Origin: Chloroflexota bacterium
Lineage (GTDB): Bacteria > Desulfobacterota > Binatia > UBA9968
Direction of reading: 5' to 3'
DNA: 64,000 nt
Assembly: GCA_050257635.1 (NCBI GenBank)
Contig: JBLMXG010000190.1
Coordinates: 3,992-67,991 of the forward strand
Under the pieces are notes generated by a model, which made no database searches, had not been told where the DNA came from, and saw only the letters and a list, made by a program, of their open reading frames with translations. The position numbers and the translations under genes are program-made. This document shows, one piece after another, positions 58,909 through 64,000 of the stretch (its first letter is position 1; each line of letters begins with the position of its first letter).

Positions 58909-59397
58909 TTGCCGGAAACGGTGTTCACGACCAAGGTGGATGACCTGCTCAATTGGGGACGCGCTTCGTCCCAGTGGTACATGCTGTTCGGCCTGGCATG
59001 TTGCGCCATCGAGCTGATGCAGACCGGCGGACCGCGGGCCGATCTCGACCGTTTCGGCGCGGTGCCGCGGGCCACGCCGCGGCAATCCGATCTGATGATC
59101 GTCGCCGGGACACTGACTTACAAAATGGCCAAACGTACCAAGCTGCTCTACGATCAGATGCCCGATCCCAAGTATGTGATCTCGATGGGCAGTTGCGCCA
59201 ACTGCGGCGGGCTTTTTCAGCTCGCCTACTCGGTCTGCAAGGGCGTGGACAAGATCATTCCTGTCGACGTCTATGTTCCCGGCTGTCCGCCCCGCCCAGA
59301 GGCGCTGACTGAGGGTCTTCTGCGAATCCAGGATAAGATCATGCACGAGAGATGGCTCGTCAAGGATCGCAAGGCTGAGCCGGTAGCCGCAGGGTAA
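58909..59397 (+). CDS. nuoB: NADH-quinone oxidoreductase subunit B (20-kDa/PSST family)
   Basis: [12 protein letters not shown]...[17 protein letters not shown]...[11 protein letters not shown]...[13 protein letters not shown], with all four N2 cluster Cys. The start codon (TTG 58909 or GTG 58921) is uncertain. Confidence 0.85.
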   Translation: MPETVFTTKVDDLLNWGRASSQWYMLFGLACCAIELMQTGGPRADLDRFGAVPRATPRQSDLMIVAGTLTYKMAKRTKLLYDQMPDPKYVISMGSCANCGGLFQLAYSVCKGVDKIIPVDVYVPGCPPRPEALTEGLLRIQDKIMHERWLVKDRKAEPVAAG

Positions 59398-59420
59398 GCA
59401 AACGGAAGATATCCAATAGG

Positions 59421-59745
59421 GTGAGAGGCATCATCGTCACGGGTCGCGCCGCGCAAAAGATCCGGAGCCTTTTTGGCGGGACGACAGAAGGACAAGGGCT
59501 GCGCGTCAAAGTCGTCGAAGGCGGCTCCTCGGGCTTCGAGTACAAAATAGAAATTGATTTTCCCGGGCGCGAAGACCACGTTTTTGAGAAAGACGGCACT
59601 CTTGTCTTACTCGATGCTAAGAGCATTCTTCATCTCAATGGCACCGAGATTGATAACAAAGACGAGCTGATGCAATCGGGATTCGTATTCAACAACCCTA
59701 ACATCAAGGGGGGCATGCGGCTGCGGAACCTCGTTTAGCCCGTAA
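59421..59745 (+). pseudogene. HesB/IscA family Fe-S carrier-like gene with a frameshift in a G6 run (59708-59713)
   Basis: The track ORF ends ...NPNIKGGMRLRNLV*. Dropping one G gives ...NPNIKGACGCGTSFSP*, which restores the family's CGCGxSF C-terminus. The first conserved Cys is Ser here (GGSSGFEY). Confidence 0.65.
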
Positions 59746-59769
59746 GGTGAGCACAAATTAGAAGGAACC

Positions 59770-60192
59770 ATGACCGAGATCATGGCGCAACCTGAAGAGA
59801 AGAAAAAACAAAAGGGTGCTGCGCTGTTTGCGGTGATGGACGAAATCTGCAGCAGCTGCGCCGGCTCGCCGCTGTGCGACCTGCAGTGCCCGGTAGCAAA
59901 CTGCATTAATCTACTCTACGAGGAGACTCCCGGCGGTGGACTAAAGCTGTATCGGGTTTGGGTCGACAACGACAAGTGCATCGGCTGCCAGATGGGTTTC
60001 AGCTACGATATAACCAAGATCCATAGGCACAAGGAGATCGGTGAAATCTTCCGCGAGTTTGCCGGGAGTTATTACGACGGCTCCAAAAAGCCGGTCGAAG
60101 AGAACAGGCTGCAGAAGAAATTTCAGCTTGAGCTGATTGGCACGGAGTCCGACGATCGGCTCAATAAAAAATCTGCCCCTGGGATGCGATAA
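59770..60192 (+). CDS. 4Fe-4S ferredoxin-like domain protein (first motif CSSCAGSPLCDLQCP complete, second motif only CIGC)
   Basis: 140-aa ORF. Cys spacing read directly. The C-terminal half has no recognisable family. Confidence 0.45.
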   Translation: MTEIMAQPEEKKKQKGAALFAVMDEICSSCAGSPLCDLQCPVANCINLLYEETPGGGLKLYRVWVDNDKCIGCQMGFSYDITKIHRHKEIGEIFREFAGSYYDGSKKPVEENRLQKKFQLELIGTESDDRLNKKSAPGMR

Positions 60193-60397
60193 AAATGTAC
60201 GAATTCGACGAGGGCGCCGAGGTGTCCAAGAATTTTTACGAGCCGGAGCAGATCGATGAGGTGAACGGCGTGTACGTCATGGACGCCGATGAAAAACAGC
60301 GCCTGGAAAGAAAACAGATCGAGTCCTACATGGGCGGCAGTTAGCCGATGATCTCTGAGCCATTTGGCCGGCAAGCCTTCACCCAGGAGAGGGAGCG

Positions 60398-60967
60398 ATG
60401 AAAAGAATTGAACACATGTCGCTCTGGGAAAGAGCGTATGTCCCTGAGATCATGCGCGGGCTCTCCGTCACCGGATACCACTTCTGGCGCAATCTCGGCA
60501 TTCACGTTCTCCACGCGTTCGGTTTCGCGAAGACCCTTCAGGGCGCTGTCACGGTTCAATACCCGGAACGGAGAGCGCTGTATCCCGCTACGTTTCGCGG
60601 GCGCCACCGATTGACTCTCAAAAAGGACGACACCGCCGCTTGCACGGCTTGCTTCCTTTGCGCGACCGCCTGCCCGGCGGAGTGTATTTATATCGAAGCT
60701 GGCGAAAATCCGGTTAATCCCATTGAGAAGTTCGCGGTTCGCTACGAGATCGACACACTGCGCTGCATTTACTGCTGCTTTTGCGTCGAGGCCTGTCCGT
60801 GCGACGCGATTCGCATGGATAGCGGTACCCATCCCGGTAATTTGGGATTCAGCAGGAAGGCGTTTGTCGAAGACAAAAAGGTTCTCACCGACCGCTCACG
60901 CGACCTGCTGGCCAAAGGCAAGGAAGGCCTCTACGAGGAATACGTCGACCGGTATCGCAAAGTTTAG
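60398..60967 (+). CDS. nuoI: NADH-quinone oxidoreductase subunit I (TYKY family, 2x[4Fe-4S])
   Basis: CTACFLCATACPAECI and CIYCCFCVEACPCDAI. GGAGAGGGAG SD. Confidence 0.85.
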   Translation: MKRIEHMSLWERAYVPEIMRGLSVTGYHFWRNLGIHVLHAFGFAKTLQGAVTVQYPERRALYPATFRGRHRLTLKKDDTAACTACFLCATACPAECIYIEAGENPVNPIEKFAVRYEIDTLRCIYCCFCVEACPCDAIRMDSGTHPGNLGFSRKAFVEDKKVLTDRSRDLLAKGKEGLYEEYVDRYRKV

Positions 60968-61035
60968 TGGGCAGAATACCGGGCCCCGGCCTTGTCGGCT
61001 AGGCTGAGTTCTCCAAACAGAAAGCTGAGTCAAAT

Positions 61036-62252
61036 ATGAAGGTGCCAATCCGCAAATTTGCCGGCCGCGTCTGTACTATTTTTTCCGACCGGCACTTCGT
61101 CGAAACACTGCTTGAGCCTGAGCCGCGAAAGCGTGTGGGGAATTTCATCGCCGAAATCCGCAAGCAGTATGCTGCTAAAAAGAAGAACGTTTCGGCTAAC
61201 GACAAAGAATACCGACCGTCCCCGATCTGGTACTTGGTTGGCGCTGTTTCTCTCGTTTTGTTGATGGAAAACTTGCTTGGCAGCCCTCGCGTCGAAATCA
61301 TCAGCTACAGCCAATTCAAATCCCTGGTCAAGAAGGATTTGATCTACGATCTCATCATTCATGAAACGACCATCAATGGTAATGTGAAGGCATCGGCAGT
61401 GAAAGAAATCGTCACGCCGGAGAAATTAAAGGAGATGTCTCCGGAGGTGCTTGCGGGCAAATCCCGTCTTCCCTTCGAAACGGTAAAAGTGGACGATCCC
61501 AGCCTCACAGCCGAACTTGAAGCCGCAAAAATACCGTTTAGGGGAGAGCTAACCAGTAATTGGCTGCCGACGATTTTATCGTGGGTGGTCCCTGTCGCCT
61601 TGTTCTTTTTGTTCTGGGGTTATCTTGGCAGGAAGATGGGGTCGGGAAGTGGCAGTCTAATGCAGATCGGCAAAAGCAAAGCGAAAGTCTACATCGAGAA
61701 AAAAACCGGCGTTACCTTCGCCGACGTGGCCGGTATCGACGAAGCCGAAGACGAAGACGAAGTCGCCGAAGTTGTCGGCTTTCTGAAAGATCCGGATAAA
61801 TATCAGAGACGGGGCGGCCATATTCCCAAGGGTGTTTTGATCGTCGGACCGCCGGGTACCAGGAAAACGCTGCTGGCGCGCGCTGTGGCCGGCGAGGCGG
61901 GAGTTCCTTTTTTCAGCCTGACGGGCTCTGACTTCGTCAAGATGTTTGTCGGTGTAGGCGCGGCTCGGGTTCGTGATCTATTTCTTCAAGCGGTAAAAAG
62001 TCCCCGAGCATCATATTTATCGACGAGTTCGATGCGATGGGCAAAGCGCGGGGAGTGAGTCTAGTCACGGGCAACGACGAGCGGGAACAAACCCTCAATC
62101 AACTCTTAGCCGAGATGGATGGGTTCGATCCGAATCAAGGGGGTCATCATCATGGCCGCCACCAACAGGCCGGAGATCCTCGACACCGTACTGCTCCGTC
62201 CCGGTGGAGTCGATCGCCGATCCTGGTGGATGGTCCCGACATCAAGGGACGG
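61036..62252 (+). pseudogene. ftsH: Degraded ftsH (N-terminal TM/periplasmic region and AAA+ domain only; at least 3 frame disruptions; protease domain absent)
   Basis: Colinear with FtsH up to ...VDGPDIKGR only when the frame is switched at about 61993, at the G5 run 62139-62143, and at about 62218. Walker A reads GPPGTRKT (canonical GPPGTGKT). No HEXXH region follows. Confidence 0.8.
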
Positions 62253-62439
62253 ACCGCGGCAAAAGCCTTGACAACCTGAATCAGCAGGCGGGCAAGCTGC
62301 GCGAGACCGCCGACGTGATCATGCAACAAAGGAAAAAGCTGATCACTTGCAAGGGCTCCAATTCGGTCGACCACTCGACGGAATCGGAAAAGCAGAAATA
62401 TCAGGAAAACAGCCGGGAAAACTTGGGCGGCTAACGATT

Positions 62440-62467
62440 TTGGCAGCAGGCTTTCTAGAACTATAAT
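62440..62467 (+). promoter_or_regulatory. Candidate sigma70-type promoter TTGGCA-N16-TATAAT
   Basis: Read directly in an AT-rich spacer. A second TATAAT lies at 62494-62499. Confidence 0.25.
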
Positions 62468-62946
62468 GAGCTGAACATGCTTTGACTTAGCTTTATAATA
62501 CTGCTGGTCCTGGGCGGAGTGGGCTTGTTTGCGCCCTACGAAATGCCTTGCGCGTCATCCAAACCTTACTCATTAGCGCTCGGACTCCATCGCTTGCGGA
62601 GGTATCGAGTGGATTAGCGATTTCGATCTAAACGAGAGGAAAAATACGAAGCGTATCACGGCGATAACACTGATTGGCATCGCTCTTATCGTTCTTGGAA
62701 TTGTGACTTTTGCCTACCGCGGAATCCCGTACGCAAGGCGCGAAAAGATATTAGCTATGAGTCCCGTGCAGCCCGGCGTTAATGGCCGGAAGATAATCCC
62801 GATGTCACCGTTGTTGATAGGGTTGTCAATCGCGAGCGGCGCCGTGCTGGTCACGGTCGGATCCAAAAAGTCGTCTTAAAGGCACTTCCGGGTCGAGCGA
62901 GACGGTCATGAGGTGAGAAAAGGACCGTGGATCAATTATCATAGTT

Positions 62947-64000
62947 ATGTCTATGACTTCATTCTTATCTTATGTCCCGGTTCCGTTGGCGTTTGGCACC
63001 AGTGGGTTGCGCGGCTTGGTCACGGACATCACCGACCTTGAGGCCTATATCAATGTCAAAGCGGCCCTGCGGTATTTATCGAGCATCGGCGATATTCTCC
63101 CAGGCAGCGGAGTAGTCATCGCCGGTGACTTGCGACCGAGCACGGATCGCATCATGCGCGCTTGCGCTCATGCGATTGTCGATGCCGGCTGTCGAGTGGA
63201 GAACGCCGGTAAGATCCCCACGCCCGCGCTGATTGCTCACGCCATCGCTACCAGACGCGCCGGCGTGATGGTGAGCGGTAGTCACATTCCCTTCGATCGT
63301 AACGGCATTAAGCTCAACAAGAGCGTCGGCGAGGTCCTGAAGTCGGATGAAATGGGCATCATCCGCGAAGTCGATCGGCTGCGCGCCGAGGAGTATAGCC
63401 GGACGGCGACGACATCGGCATTCGACGCGTATGGAATGCTGAAACACGCGCCAGAGTTGCCGCCGCTCGATCGCGCCGCCGAAGACGCCTACGTTCGCCG
63501 CTACACGCAGAGTTTCAACCGCGGCGGTCTCACGGGCTTGCGGGTTATGGTCTATCAGCATTCGGCCGTGGGCCGCGACCTGTTGCCGCGCATCCTAGGA
63601 GAGCTCGGTGCGGAGGTGGACACCGCCGGACGCAGCGACATGTTCGTTCCCATCGACACGGAGAACATCACTGACAGGCAGTTGGATCAACTGGAGGAAT
63701 TTGCCGCCGCAGGCGAAACGTGCGGCCGACCCATTTCAGCCATCGTCTCTACTGACGGCGACTCCGATCGGCCGCTGGTAACAGCTGTGCTGCGCGCCGC
63801 CGAAGTTCATGCCGGCTCCAGACGCGTGCGCTTCTTGCCCGGCGACCTCTTAGGCCTCGTCGTCGCCGAGTATCTGCGCGCGGACGCGGCAGCGGTTCCG
63901 ATAAGCGCCAACGACGCGGTCGAGCGTCGCTTGCGCGAGCGCAAAGTTGCACTGGAGAAAACTAAAATCGGTTCACCCTACGTCGTTTCCGCCATCGACA
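62947..64000 (+). CDS. Alpha-D-phosphohexomutase (phosphoglucomutase/phosphomannomutase) family protein, 5' part; runs off the window
   Basis: Not in the track because there is no stop. ATG 62947: MSMTSFLSYVPVPLAFGTSGLRG...VMVSGSHIPFDRNGIK (phosphoserine loop)...STDGDSDRP (Mg loop). Confidence 0.85.
   Translation, partial: MSMTSFLSYVPVPLAFGTSGLRGLVTDITDLEAYINVKAALRYLSSIGDILPGSGVVIAGDLRPSTDRIMRACAHAIVDAGCRVENAGKIPTPALIAHAIATRRAGVMVSGSHIPFDRNGIKLNKSVGEVLKSDEMGIIREVDRLRAEEYSRTATTSAFDAYGMLKHAPELPPLDRAAEDAYVRRYTQSFNRGGLTGLRVMVYQHSAVGRDLLPRILGELGAEVDTAGRSDMFVPIDTENITDRQLDQLEEFAAAGETCGRPISAIVSTDGDSDRPLVTAVLRAAEVHAGSRRVRFLPGDLLGLVVAEYLRADAAAVPISANDAVERRLRERKVALEKTKIGSPYVVSAID

Noticed and set aside
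62204-62434. ORF 62204..62434 (76 aa) as a genuine gene.
   Set aside because: Its 5' part is an out-of-frame read of the ftsH remnant. The tail has no family signature and no SD.
55980-62900. Calling the low-G+C segment a mobile element or genomic island.
   Set aside because: I found no integrase, transposase, tRNA target or flanking direct repeats. The composition is mosaic (nuoB is G+C-rich). I therefore report it only as a compositional and decay anomaly.

Overview
64-kb G+C-rich bacterial chromosomal fragment. My hand counts on sample 60-nt lines give about 63-65% G+C. It is almost fully coding. I recognised no rRNA, tRNA, CRISPR array, transposase or integrase, and I cannot assign a lineage. 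Most genes are catabolic or redox enzymes: a CoxS/M/L-like molybdoenzyme, a two-subunit Rieske oxygenase, five amidohydrolase_2 paralogs, UbiD, HpaB-like and LLM flavin oxygenases, VOC proteins, class II aldolases, a CoA-transferase, PrpD-like and M24-fold proteins, and two solute-binding proteins. Housekeeping genes are murJ, glgC, an RRM RNA-binding protein and a THUMP RNA methyltransferase. Main points for a second look: (1) At 9200-12419, a patatin phospholipase is followed by a 665-aa protein with a TIR/DRHyd-like domain, a helical region and a SLOG/LOG-like domain. This looks like an unnamed two-gene nucleotide-signalling conflict module and is my best candidate for a novel system. (2) Two genes are split by in-frame TGA in the ORF track and are best read as selenoproteins: an orphan GrdE/GrdB-like pair (4558-7209) and a CxxU AhpD/CMD-like protein (32370-32948). 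Each UGA is followed by a 17-nt hairpin of identical architecture. (3) A patchy lower-G+C stretch (about 55.98-62.9 kb) interrupts a sugar-nucleotide cluster. It carries decayed genes (fatty acid desaturase, iscA-like, ftsH) and an orphan nuoB ... nuoI pair. (4) Several families of very short tandem repeats (GTTCAA nonamers, GAGGC heptamers) and GTAG-headed REP-like hairpins recur in different intergenic regions. All functional calls come from reading motifs and colinearity by eye. No searches were run.
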